Shown here one piece after another: positions 1 to 8,127 of a stretch of 16,379 nt of DNA; the stretch's first letter is position 1; each line of letters starts with the position of its first letter. A program made the position numbers and the translations under genes. Location: positions 1 to 16,379 of IMG/VR virus record IMGVR_UViG_2602041863_000003; one strand, given 5' to 3'. Source of the stretch: a virus (taxonomy: Duplodnaviria; Heunggongvirae; Uroviricota; Caudoviricetes). Under the pieces are notes generated by a model. It worked only from the letters and a program-made list of their open reading frames with translations. It did no database searches and was not told where the DNA came from.

Positions 1-52
1 GAAATCCCTCGCCACCTCTGATGTGTCAGGCATCCTCAACGCACCCGCACTT

Positions 53-78
53 AACCCGCTTCGGCGGGTTTTTCGTCG
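53..78 (+). terminator. Intrinsic terminator-like hairpin (aacccgcttcggcgggttt) followed by T-run
   Basis: GC stem cccgc/gcggg with ttcg loop then ttttt; same 18-nt core recurs at 901-918. Confidence 0.5.
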
Positions 79-199
79 CATAATGAGGTTGTAATTTTAG
101 CTACCATTAGACTATCCTAAGGATCTCAAACAGATCTATTTTGCATCAAATTTGGTGCATGGCTTTGCCAATAATCGGAAAACAAAAGGACTCATTAGT

Positions 200-379
200 A
201 TGAGCTGCCCACTCAAAAAACACACGCGGTTGAGTATTCCGCCTCGCGATAAAAGCGTTGTGGCAGTCCCTCGCCCAGCGATTGATGAAAACTGCGCACA
301 TCGTGAACAAGTGAAAAATGCTTTTGATTTCGGTTTTTCTCGTTATGAGAAAGCCATGGAAGAACTTTCAAAAGTGTAA
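200..379 (+). CDS. Small protein upstream of Doc-family toxin; candidate antitoxin
   Basis: ORF track 152..379 begins at TTG; internal ATG at 200 (MSCPLKKH...) has AAGGA about 10 nt upstream; stop is 19 nt before the toxin ATG; antitoxin role is inferred from position only. Confidence 0.4.
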   Translation: MSCPLKKHTRLSIPPRDKSVVAVPRPAIDENCAHREQVKNAFDFGFSRYEKAMEELSKV

Positions 380-397
380 TGATGGGTATTGTGCTCT

Positions 398-883
398 ATG
401 GCTGAGATTGTTGAAGGAGTGCATTACCTTACGGTTGATGATCTTGTTGAAATCAATCGTTCCCTAATTGAATTACAGACGCCAGATGAGCCCGTTGGTG
501 TTCTGAGTCCAGATAACTTAAGTTCTTCTCAGGCCCGTCCCAGCATGGTTCGATGGTATGAACAGACTAATGACATGTTTGTACTGGCATCGGTATTGAT
601 TGAAAGTCTGATTCAGAATCATCCGTTTGCTAATGCGAACAAACGAACAGCTATGATGGCTGGTTACGTCTTCTTGTTGTTGAATGGCTATGAGTTAACA
701 GCACCAGGCGATGAAATCGTGGAAATGGCAGAGGGACTGGCCTGCAAAACCTATACTCGAGAAGATCTCGAGAACTGGTTGTGTTATTGGTCTCGCGCGT
801 ATGACAGCCGGGAATTATGTAAAACAGGCGCAACTATTGTTTTGTATGAAACTATCAAGCTTAAAATAGAACAGCAAAACTAA
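398..883 (+). CDS. Doc/Fic-family toxin (death-on-curing-like)
   Basis: Translation contains HPFANANKRTA, matching the Doc-type HxFx(D/N)(A/G)NKR motif; ATG at 398 inside the ORF-track 389 TTG start. Confidence 0.75.
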   Translation: MAEIVEGVHYLTVDDLVEINRSLIELQTPDEPVGVLSPDNLSSSQARPSMVRWYEQTNDMFVLASVLIESLIQNHPFANANKRTAMMAGYVFLLLNGYELTAPGDEIVEMAEGLACKTYTREDLENWLCYWSRAYDSRELCKTGATIVLYETIKLKIEQQN

Positions 884-896
884 AGGTGCTTCCAAT

Positions 897-928
897 GAAA
901 ACCCGCTTCGGCGGGTTTTGTTTTTTCC
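897..928 (+). terminator. Intrinsic terminator after Doc-like gene
   Basis: aaaacccgcttcggcgggttttgttttttcc: hairpin plus T-run 14 nt after the stop codon. Confidence 0.6.
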
Positions 929-998
929 TGGCATTCTGGTTTACAATTCGCACGCCAGCCTGAACAACTGGCACCTGCTGCGCCAGCAGAGACAACCG

Positions 999-1271
999 AT
1001 GGCGCACAAAAACAAATTTCACAATTCTGATACCGACCTTGCCATCCGGCACGGGCGGCGTTCACACGCATTTAAAACCGACTGGTACCAACACCCACCA
1101 TGTACTGAAGAACAGGCCGAATGGCTAATTCATAACTACCGCAGGCGCGGATACGAGGTTAAGAAAGCCCTCAGCCTCGATTATCGTCACTGGATAATCT
1201 ATGTCAGGCTCCCTTATTCCGAACGCCCACCGCGTCCGTCCCGCACATTCCAGCAACGCATCTGGAGGTAA
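999..1271 (+). CDS. Hypothetical small basic phage protein (nin region)
   Basis: Part of ORF 918..1271; internal ATG at 999; stop TAA 1269-1271 sits 1 nt before GTG 1273 of the next gene; no motif recognised. Confidence 0.35.
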   Translation: MAHKNKFHNSDTDLAIRHGRRSHAFKTDWYQHPPCTEEQAEWLIHNYRRRGYEVKKALSLDYRHWIIYVRLPYSERPPRPSRTFQQRIWR

Positions 1272-1272
1272 C

Positions 1273-2322
1273 GTGCGGGTATTACTTCGACCTGTTCCGG
1301 TACCGGAACTTGGGCTGGTGGTGCTAAAACCGGGCCGTGAATCCATGCAGGTATTTCATAACCCTCGAGTTCTGGTGGAGCCGGAACCGAAAAGCATGCA
1401 TGGTCTGCCGTCCGGAGTCGTTCCTGCTGTTCGCCAGCCGCTGGCGGAGGATAAATCATTACTGCCATTTTTCAGCGATGAGCGGGTGATTCGTGCTGCT
1501 GGTGGTGCTGGTGCATTGTCTGACTGGCTGTTACGCCACGTTAAATCCTGCCAGTGGCCTCATGGTGACTATCATCACAGTGAAACCGTTATTCACCGTT
1601 ATGGTACTGGCGCAATGGTGTTGTGCTGGTACTGCGACAACCAGCTGCGTGACCAGACTTCTGAATCACTCGGGCAGCTTGCTCACCAAAACCTGTCAGC
1701 ATGGATGATTGATGTCATCCGCCACGCAATGAATGGCACGCAGGAGCGGGAATTATCGCTGGCTGAATTATCCTGGTGGGCGGTCTGCAATCAGGTGGCG
1801 GACGCGCTACCAGAGGCAGCATTACGTCGTTCTCTGGGGTTACGTGCGGAAAAAATTCGCTCAGTATACCGCGAGAGCGACATCGTGCCGGGAGAGCAGA
1901 CCGCCACCAGCATGCTGAAGCAGCGCACAAAAAATCTTGCGCCGCTGCCTCACGCCCACCAGCAACAGAACCCACCACAGGAAAAGACGGTGGTCAGCAT
2001 TGCCGTTGATCCTGAGTCTCCGGAATCTTTCATGAAACGACCTAAACGTCGCCGCTGGGTTAACGAGAAATACACACGCTGGGTGAAGACACAGCCGTGT
2101 GCGTGTTGTGGTAAGCCAGCCGACGATCCCCATCACCTGATTGGTCATGGTCAGGGCGGAATGGGGACAAAATCTCACGATATTTTCACGCTACCGCTGT
2201 GTCGGGGGCATCACAACGAGCTTCATGCGGATCCGCTGGCGTTCGAAGAAAAGCATGGTTCTCAGGTTGATTTAATTTTTCGTTTTCTTGATCACGCCTT
2301 TGCAACTGGCGTGCTTGGGTAA
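1273..2322 (+). CDS. Phage nin-region protein with C-terminal Cys/His-rich HNH-like zinc-binding domain (NinG/YbcO-like)
   Basis: ORF 1201..2322; GGAGG at 1264-1268 then in-frame GTG at 1273 (spacing short, start uncertain; ATG at 1201 or 1345 possible); C-terminus PCACCGKPADDPHHLIGHGQGGMGTKSHD...PLCRGHHNELH; lies directly upstream of rusA as ybcO/ninG do. Confidence 0.55.
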   Translation: MRVLLRPVPVPELGLVVLKPGRESMQVFHNPRVLVEPEPKSMHGLPSGVVPAVRQPLAEDKSLLPFFSDERVIRAAGGAGALSDWLLRHVKSCQWPHGDYHHSETVIHRYGTGAMVLCWYCDNQLRDQTSESLGQLAHQNLSAWMIDVIRHAMNGTQERELSLAELSWWAVCNQVADALPEAALRRSLGLRAEKIRSVYRESDIVPGEQTATSMLKQRTKNLAPLPHAHQQQNPPQEKTVVSIAVDPESPESFMKRPKRRRWVNEKYTRWVKTQPCACCGKPADDPHHLIGHGQGGMGTKSHDIFTLPLCRGHHNELHADPLAFEEKHGSQVDLIFRFLDHAFATGVLG

Positions 2323-2334
2323 AAGAGGTGACTG

Positions 2335-2694
2335 ATGCTCATAGATTTGGTTTTACCTTACCCGCCGACGGTGAACACTTACTGGCGACGCCGTGGCAGC
2401 ACATATTTTATCTCGGAGGAGGGAAAGCGTTATCGCCGGGCTGTGGCGCTTATTGTTCGCCAGCAGCGGCTGAAATTAAACCTGTCCGGAAGGCTGGCGA
2501 TAAAGGTGATTGCAGAGCCACCGGATAAACGTCGTCGTGACCTGGACAATATCCTGAAAGCACCACTGGATGCACTGACACATGCGGGGTTGCTTATCGA
2601 CGACGAGCAGTTTGATGAAATTAATATTGTGCGCGGTCAGCTTGTTCCTGGTGGGCGGTTGGGGATAAAAATCACAGAACTGGAGTGCGCATGA
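2335..2694 (+). CDS. rusA: Crossover junction endodeoxyribonuclease RusA (Holliday junction resolvase)
   Basis: 119 aa; LPYPPTVNTYW...RRRDLDNILKAPLDALT...GGRLGIKITE resembles RusA as recalled; RBS AAGAGGTG upstream. Confidence 0.85.
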   Translation: MLIDLVLPYPPTVNTYWRRRGSTYFISEEGKRYRRAVALIVRQQRLKLNLSGRLAIKVIAEPPDKRRRDLDNILKAPLDALTHAGLLIDDEQFDEINIVRGQLVPGGRLGIKITELECA

Positions 2695-3380
2695 ATAACC
2701 AGTATTTACAGTTTGTTCGTGAGCAACTCATGATTGCCACCGCCGATTTGAGTGGATCAACAAAAGGGCAGCTTGAAGCCTGGCAGGAGAATGCCATGTT
2801 CGATACAGGGCGTTACAGGCGAAAAAAAATCCGGTACCGCGATGAAGTGACTGGAAAAATGATAACGCGGGATAATCCACCAATCCCGGGAAAGCAATCG
2901 CTGGCGAAAGGTTCATCAATTGCCCTGGTCAGTCCGGTTGAGTTTTCGACATCATCATGGCGACGCGCCGTTCTGTCTCTTGAAGAGCATCAGAAGGCGT
3001 GGGTGCTGTGGGTATACAGTGAAAATCCGAGTTGGGATTATCAGGTGGTCATTGCGAAATGGGCGTGGGATAAGTTTCAGGTGCATTTTGGCACCAGAAA
3101 AATTACAGGGAAAACGCTTGAGCGTCTGAAGAAATTAATCTGGCTGGCGGCGCAGGATGTCAGGGGGAGGATTACTGGGCGTGACGTCTACCAGCGACAG
3201 GAACTTGCCAGACTGTGTGGAGTTAAGCCTGACAACTGGAGCCATAATTATGCGAACTACTGGCGTGAGATGTGCGACATTTTTAAGAAACTCGATACAG
3301 AATCCTTGATTTGCACCGTGAAAATGAGATCGCAACAAAAAGCGACCTTTTCACGACGAGATATTGCAAAAGTCAATTAA
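2691..3380 (+). CDS. Late-gene antitermination protein Q (lambdoid Q family)
   Basis: ATG at 2691 overlaps rusA stop (ATGA); 229 aa; position after rusA and before a terminator hairpin is the canonical Q locus; similarity to Q is from recall. Confidence 0.75.
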   Translation: MNNQYLQFVREQLMIATADLSGSTKGQLEAWQENAMFDTGRYRRKKIRYRDEVTGKMITRDNPPIPGKQSLAKGSSIALVSPVEFSTSSWRRAVLSLEEHQKAWVLWVYSENPSWDYQVVIAKWAWDKFQVHFGTRKITGKTLERLKKLIWLAAQDVRGRITGRDVYQRQELARLCGVKPDNWSHNYANYWREMCDIFKKLDTESLICTVKMRSQQKATFSRRDIAKVN

Positions 3381-3426
3381 ATCGCATACATTTTATGTAA
3401 ATGTGATATTTTGCCGTATAGTGTGT

Positions 3427-3451
3427 AAACCCGCTTAAATGCGGGTTTTTT
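3427..3451 (+). terminator. Intrinsic terminator hairpin downstream of Q (candidate tR'-like)
   Basis: aaacccgcttaaatgcgggtttttt: perfect stem cccgc/gcggg, T6 tail; possible -10 TATAGT at 3417-3422 (weak). Confidence 0.55.
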
Positions 3452-3524
3452 GCTTAACTCTGTGGACCTTTTTATCTGTAGTTGTAAGATATGGATATTC
3501 TTACAATTTAGGTCGGTGAGCTTA

Positions 3525-4289
3525 ATGGAAGAACAGCACGGTAATTACTTTATAAAACGAATTCAGTTGATTGGAAGGGGTGCATTTGGCTTTGTTGAAC
3601 ACGTTAAGGTTTACAACCTCAACAAGGGTGAATGTGGGGATTATGCTAGAAAGGTTTTAGCCCCCGAAAAACCAGAGCTTTTGGCGCAAATAGAGCAGTT
3701 TAGAAGGCGTTTTAAAAGGGAGGTCGTGTATCAATCACATTGCGTACATAGCAATATTGTTCCTATTTATTTGTGCGATTTGTTTGCCGAGAATCCATGG
3801 TTCATTATGGATAAAGCAGAATGTGATCTTGAGCACGAAATAACGAACAACCTTCTTACAACAGATCAAAAAATTTCAATAGTGAAAATGGTATTAGATG
3901 GTGTAGCTCACATCCATGCGAAAGGCTATTTACACAGAGATATAAAACCATTTAATGTCTTGCGATTTAGCGACGGAACATACAAGGTGTCTGATTTTGG
4001 TCTGGTAAAAGATACAAATCCCGAAGGGGATACCACTAAATTGACCGAGATCGGTACCCGTATGGGAAGTACAAGATATATGGCTCCCGAGATTTTATAT
4101 AATGCCGAGTATTCAGTTAAGACTGATGTTTATGCGGTGGGGCGGTTAATTGAGGACTTAAATTTAGATGATAAAAAAATAAAGCCTATCATAGCGAAGT
4201 GTACCAGGATGGATAAAGATGATAGATATCAGACAATAGATGATGTGGCGTTTGATTTTGTGCATTCTTTTTTAAGGAGTGAGTCATGA
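3525..4289 (+). CDS. Eukaryotic-like (Hanks-type) Ser/Thr protein kinase, minimal catalytic domain only
   Basis: Gly-rich loop IGRGAFGFV, candidate beta3 Lys in YARKV, HRDIKPFN catalytic loop, DFG (VSDFGL), APE (YMAPE); ATG 3525 with GGTGAG upstream; ORF-track start 3450 is a TTG inside the terminator. Confidence 0.85.
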   Translation: MEEQHGNYFIKRIQLIGRGAFGFVEHVKVYNLNKGECGDYARKVLAPEKPELLAQIEQFRRRFKREVVYQSHCVHSNIVPIYLCDLFAENPWFIMDKAECDLEHEITNNLLTTDQKISIVKMVLDGVAHIHAKGYLHRDIKPFNVLRFSDGTYKVSDFGLVKDTNPEGDTTKLTEIGTRMGSTRYMAPEILYNAEYSVKTDVYAVGRLIEDLNLDDKKIKPIIAKCTRMDKDDRYQTIDDVAFDFVHSFLRSES

Positions 4290-5029
4290 TTCAGCTGATA
4301 GCGACTTCATCATTCTCGTATCCAAAAGAACCAGGTAGGGTCAACGAAGATTCATTGCTTCCTCCCAAAATTGTAGGGGATGGCATCTTATTTGCCGTAG
4401 CTGATGGTGTAGGTTCATACACTGGTGCCAGTCAGGCTTCATCAATGGCAATTGCTGAACTTTCAGCATTGACAAGCTTATCTTTTGACACAGTTCCGGA
4501 TGTATTTGATGAAGTTAAGCGAAAGGTTATGTCGTTAGCTGATGTTAATGATGAGTTCGATAAAGCTGCTACTACACTTACGTTTTGTTATGTTTGTGAT
4601 AGCGGAATTATTATTGGTCATATTGGTGATTGTCGTTTGTATTGCATTGGAGAGAAGAAAGCATACCAATTGACGAAGGACGATACCAGGCATCAGATGC
4701 TAATTGATCAGAATATTTTTAAACCCAGAGATTTGAAGGATAAACCGGGCAAAAATATCTTAACGACGGCTATAGCCTCAAATGTTGATATGGAATACGA
4801 CTGTGATTTTATCACATGGAAAGATTTACCTAGTATTAACGGGGTATATCATCTGTGTATCATGTCTGATGGGGTTCATAACGTTTGGGAAAAACGCCCC
4901 AGATTTACATCAAATACGATGAGTAATAGTCAGAAGTTTTCTAATGGCATTTTGCGTCGTATAGAGAGAGCCGGACCTGATGATGACTTTTCTTTAGTAA
5001 GTATAATGGTGCGTGTGACGTCAGATTAG
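4286..5029 (+). CDS. PP2C-family Ser/Thr protein phosphatase
   Basis: NEDS, AVADGVGS, IGDCR, IMSDGVHN and C-terminal DDD residues match PP2C metal-binding motifs; AAGGAG RBS 6 nt upstream; ATG overlaps kinase stop (ATGA). Confidence 0.8.
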   Translation: MIQLIATSSFSYPKEPGRVNEDSLLPPKIVGDGILFAVADGVGSYTGASQASSMAIAELSALTSLSFDTVPDVFDEVKRKVMSLADVNDEFDKAATTLTFCYVCDSGIIIGHIGDCRLYCIGEKKAYQLTKDDTRHQMLIDQNIFKPRDLKDKPGKNILTTAIASNVDMEYDCDFITWKDLPSINGVYHLCIMSDGVHNVWEKRPRFTSNTMSNSQKFSNGILRRIERAGPDDDFSLVSIMVRVTSD

Positions 5030-5101
5030 TTGTATAAACTCAGTAGGGAATGCTAATTTCACATACAACATAGTTAAAGAAAACTTAATTTTAATGTAAA
5101 A

Positions 5102-5126
5102 AGGCTGCCCTCAGGCGGTCTTTTTA
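5102..5126 (+). terminator. Terminator-like imperfect hairpin plus T-run after phosphatase gene
   Basis: aggctgccctcaggcggtcttttt; 7-bp stem with two G-U pairs, A-run upstream and T-run downstream. Confidence 0.4.
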
Positions 5127-5248
5127 TGCTCGAAAATTGATGCAGTACGTTAAACGCGCTGGTGGTTGCGAATACCGGTCTTTCAGCTTGCTGGCTTTTT
5201 AGACAAGAGTTATTGGTATGTCACGTTAACCAGAAAAGGGAAAAAGAC

Positions 5249-5446
5249 ATGCTAAAACAGCAGGATATGACCGAAACCGCCAGAGTGGTGTTTAATGAAT
5301 TAAGCGTCACCGAACCGGCGACCGTCGGGGAAATTGCGCAGAATACTTACCTTTCACGCGAACGCTGCCAGTTAATCCTGACCCAGCTTGTTATGGCGGG
5401 TCTGGCAGATTATCAGTTCGGTTGTTACAGACGCCTTCTGCAGTGA
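5249..5446 (+). CDS. Small winged-helix-like DNA-binding protein (hypothetical regulator)
   Basis: 65 aa; ATG 5249 with AAGGGA upstream; VGEIAQNTYLSRERCQLILTQLVMAGL looks like a wHTH recognition segment. Confidence 0.45.
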   Translation: MLKQQDMTETARVVFNELSVTEPATVGEIAQNTYLSRERCQLILTQLVMAGLADYQFGCYRRLLQ

Positions 5447-5596
5447 AGGCTTTTTAATTTGTGGTAATGGGCGGCTGGTGGGTGTTAGCGGCACCTGCCA
5501 GCCATCTGCTCATGCGTTGGGGTCACAAGCAAACCTCAGGCCCATCTGCTTTGCGCAAAAGCAGTATGAGCCTATCAGAGAAGTGCTTATTGATCT

Positions 5597-6646
5597 ATGA
5601 CTAATACTGTAAAAATATCCAGTTGTGAGTTAATCAACGCTGATTGCCTGAAATTTATCCAGACCTTACCGGAAAACTCTGTCGATCTGATAGTCACAGA
5701 CCCGCCATACTTTAAAGTGAAGCCCGAGGGCTGGGATAACCAGTGGGAGGGCGACGATGATTACCTGAAATGGCTGGACCAGTGTCTGGCGCAGTTCTGG
5801 CGGGTACTGAAGCCTGCCGGAAGTCTTTACCTGTTCTGTGGTCATCGCCTGGCATCTGACACCGAAATCATGATGCGTGAGCGCTTTAATGTGCTGAACC
5901 ACATTATCTGGGCGAAGCCGTCCGGACGCTGGAACGGGTGCAATAAGGAAAGTCTGCGGGCGTATTTTCCGGCAACAGAGCGCATTCTGTTTGCAGAACA
6001 TTATCAGGGACCGTATCGCCCGAAAGATGATGGCTATGTGGCACAGGGGCGCGAGCTAAAACAGCACGTCATGGCCCCGCTGATTTCTTACTTTCGTGAT
6101 GCGCGTAAATCACTGGGAATAACGTCAAAACAGATAGCGGAAGCCACCGGAAAGAAAAACATGGCTTCGCACTGGTTTGGTACCAGTCAGTGGCAGTTAC
6201 CGAACGAGGGTGATTACAACAAATTGCAGGCGTTGTTTGCGCGTGTTGCGGCAGAAAAACATCAGCGCGGGGAACTGGAAAAGCCACACCACCAGCTGGT
6301 CAGCACATACAGTGAGCTGAACCGGCAGTACACGGAACTGCTGAGTGAATATAAAAATTTGCGGCGGTATTTCGGTGTGACGGCGCAGGTTCCGTACACC
6401 GATGTCTGGACGCATAAACCGGTGCAGTACTATCCAGGAAAACATCCGTGCGAAAAACCGGCAGAAATGCTGCAGCAGATAATCAACGCGAGCAGTCGTC
6501 CGGGAGACCTGGTTGCAGATTTTTTTATGGGTTCAGGTTCAACGGTAAAAGCGGCGATGGCACTGGGGCGTTGTGCGATTGGTGTTGAGCTGGAGACAGG
6601 ACGTTTTGAACAGACAGTCAGGGAAGTTCAGGATTTAATCGTTTGA
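5597..6646 (+). CDS. DNA methyltransferase, beta-class (N6-adenine or N4-cytosine), no adjacent restriction gene
   Basis: VTDPPYF (motif IV) near N-terminus and DFFMGSGST (motif I, AdoMet binding) near C-terminus: beta-class motif order. Confidence 0.85.
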   Translation: MTNTVKISSCELINADCLKFIQTLPENSVDLIVTDPPYFKVKPEGWDNQWEGDDDYLKWLDQCLAQFWRVLKPAGSLYLFCGHRLASDTEIMMRERFNVLNHIIWAKPSGRWNGCNKESLRAYFPATERILFAEHYQGPYRPKDDGYVAQGRELKQHVMAPLISYFRDARKSLGITSKQIAEATGKKNMASHWFGTSQWQLPNEGDYNKLQALFARVAAEKHQRGELEKPHHQLVSTYSELNRQYTELLSEYKNLRRYFGVTAQVPYTDVWTHKPVQYYPGKHPCEKPAEMLQQIINASSRPGDLVADFFMGSGSTVKAAMALGRCAIGVELETGRFEQTVREVQDLIV

Positions 6647-6695
6647 AACGGATGAGATTGCAGAATTAATTACGCACCATTATTATTCTGCTCCC

Positions 6696-6771
6696 GGCCC
6701 TTTAGCTCAGTGGTGAGAGCGAGCGACTCATAATCGCCAGGTCGCTGGTTCAAATCCAGCAAGGGCCACCA
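6696..6771 (+). tRNA. tRNA-Ile2-like (anticodon CAU; Met/Ile-lysidine type)
   Basis: Cloverleaf traced by hand: acceptor ggccctt/aagggcc, anticodon loop cucauaa, T-loop ttcaaat, CCA encoded; close to E. coli ileX as recalled. Confidence 0.85.
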
Positions 6772-6772
6772 A

Positions 6773-6849
6773 CCGTCACCAGTTCATCAGGAAAGAGCGT
6801 CAACCCTTTAAGTTGAGTGTGCGAGGTTCGAGTCCTCGGTGGCGGGCCA
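6773..6849 (+). tRNA. Atypical tRNA-like gene, anticodon read as UUU, with C8 and C33
   Basis: Acceptor ccgtcac/gtggcgg (one G-U), D-arm with G18G19, anticodon stem tcaac/gttga, loop ccuuuaa, T-arm cgagg-ttcgagt-cctcg, CCA encoded; departs from near-universal U8 and U33. Confidence 0.45.
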
Positions 6850-6851
6850 GT

Positions 6852-6927
<76 letters not shown>

Positions 6928-6930
6928 TAT

Positions 6931-7005
<75 letters not shown>

Positions 7006-7282
7006 GCATTTGAAATAAGCCTTATTGTATTGCAGCACTGGCGTATTTTTTATTACGTGGGAGCAGGTTGTTTTAAGAGACATTCTGTTCTCTGGCTATG
7101 ATTTGAGGCCAGGTTAGCCTCAGTGCTGATTTTTTTTACGACAGCAGAATGGTGCATTATCGGTGGAGATTTTGTATTTCCTGGCAGGGTCGGTAATGCA
7201 TCATTCTGATGTTGTAAGCATCGCTCAGAATAACGTTGAGATTAATCGCGTACTAAGCAAAACTTGGAAATACATCCTTAAC

Positions 7283-7305
7283 CGCCGCACCAGGCGGTTT
7301 TTTTT
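7283..7305 (+). terminator. Intrinsic terminator (ccgcc-gcacca-ggcgg + T8)
   Basis: Perfect 5-bp GC stem followed by eight T residues. Confidence 0.6.
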
Positions 7306-7429
7306 ATTCATTTTTTTCATGGCTCGCTACGGCGGGCCTTTTTCATATCCTCGCCACACCCGGCGCATATCACATCAAATAACGCCGCGCAAAAGGCATC
7401 TGCGGGCGCCTTTGACGGGGTGTTTTTAC

Positions 7430-7451
7430 GGGCCGCTGGTGGCCCTTTTTT
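7430..7451 (+). terminator. Terminator-like hairpin directly upstream of the lysis cassette RBS
   Basis: gggcc-gctggt-ggccc followed by T6; ends 7 nt before AGGAG RBS of the 7471 gene. Confidence 0.5.
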
Positions 7452-7470
7452 ATTTACAGGAGAAAAACGT

Positions 7471-7860
7471 ATGTCTGAACCCTTATCTGGTTCCGGCACG
7501 GCTGCGGCGCTCGGTGGGGCGACGGTATTCGGGCTGTTTACCGGAACGGATTTCGGGATTGTGTTTGGTGCGTTCGCCGGGGCGTTATTTGTGGCAACGA
7601 TGCCGCAGGCGCTTTCAATCTGGCGTGTGGTGGCGCATTTTTTGGTGTCGTTTATCGTCGGCGTGCTGGGGGCGCGCGTGCTGTCAGCCTGGATTGCATC
7701 AAAAACAGGGTATGACGGTACATCGGCAGATGCGCTGTGTGCGGTGCTGGTATCGGTGGTGTCGGTGAAGATTCTGTCGTTCATCCACCAGCAGGATATT
7801 GCATCGCTGGTGTCCGGTGTGTTCTCCCGTCTGCGGGGTGGAGGCGGTAATGTTAAGTAA
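7471..7860 (+). CDS. Membrane protein, putative holin (lysis cassette gene 1)
   Basis: 129 aa, AGGAG RBS 8 nt upstream; Gly/Ala-rich hydrophobic segments consistent with 3 TM helices; first gene of block ending in endolysin. Confidence 0.55.
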   Translation: MSEPLSGSGTAAALGGATVFGLFTGTDFGIVFGAFAGALFVATMPQALSIWRVVAHFLVSFIVGVLGARVLSAWIASKTGYDGTSADALCAVLVSVVSVKILSFIHQQDIASLVSGVFSRLRGGGGNVK

Positions 7861-8125
7861 CCTTCCCGGATTACTGAATGTGGTGTTAAGCACGGTTATC
7901 GTGCTGACGCTCTTTTTTTATCGTCGTGGTGATTCCAGACATAAACCGCTGATGTCGTGGCTGGCCTGGCTGCTGATGCTGCTGTATGCCTTTGCGCCAC
8001 TTTGTTATCTGTGTGGTCGCTTTCCACCCGGTAACTGGCTGGTCGTCCTGATTAACCTGGTGTTCTGCGTGCTGGTGATACGAGCACGCGGGAACGTATC
8101 AAAAATCCTTTCATTACGGAGGTGA
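7850..8125 (+). CDS. Small membrane protein, putative holin/antiholin-type lysis protein (lysis cassette gene 2)
   Basis: ATG 7850 with GGAGG 5 nt upstream, overlaps previous stop; 91 aa with 2-3 hydrophobic helices and basic C-terminus. Confidence 0.5.
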   Translation: MLSNLPGLLNVVLSTVIVLTLFFYRRGDSRHKPLMSWLAWLLMLLYAFAPLCYLCGRFPPGNWLVVLINLVFCVLVIRARGNVSKILSLRR

Positions 8126-8127
8126 GT

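Noticed and set aside
1861-2178. Minus-strand ORFs (1715..1978, 1861..2178) and nested plus-strand ORFs (1733..1918, 1776..2009) inside the nin-region protein gene
   Set aside because: All are embedded in the longer plus-strand frame that carries the conserved C-terminal zinc-finger domain; no independent support
3450-3524. ORF-track N-terminal extension of the kinase (MLNSVDLFICSCKIWIFLQFRSVSL)
   Set aside because: Begins at a TTG inside the terminator hairpin T-run; the ATG at 3525 with an upstream SD-like sequence starts the conserved kinase N-lobe
3525-5029. Possibility that the post-Q cargo is a Shiga toxin (stxAB) cassette
   Set aside because: The two translations are clearly a protein kinase and a PP2C phosphatase; no A/B toxin subunit features and no signal peptides
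5388-5600. 70-aa ORF bridging the small wHTH gene and the methyltransferase
   Set aside because: Starts inside the preceding gene in another frame, no convincing RBS, no recognisable motif; most likely intergenic
7317-7784. 155-aa minus-strand ORF and 201-aa plus-strand ORF (7163..7768) overlapping the lysis-cassette membrane protein
   Set aside because: They overlap a well-supported plus-strand gene with RBS and run through terminator hairpins; low-complexity Ala/Pro-rich translations typical of antisense or off-frame reading of GC-rich coding sequence
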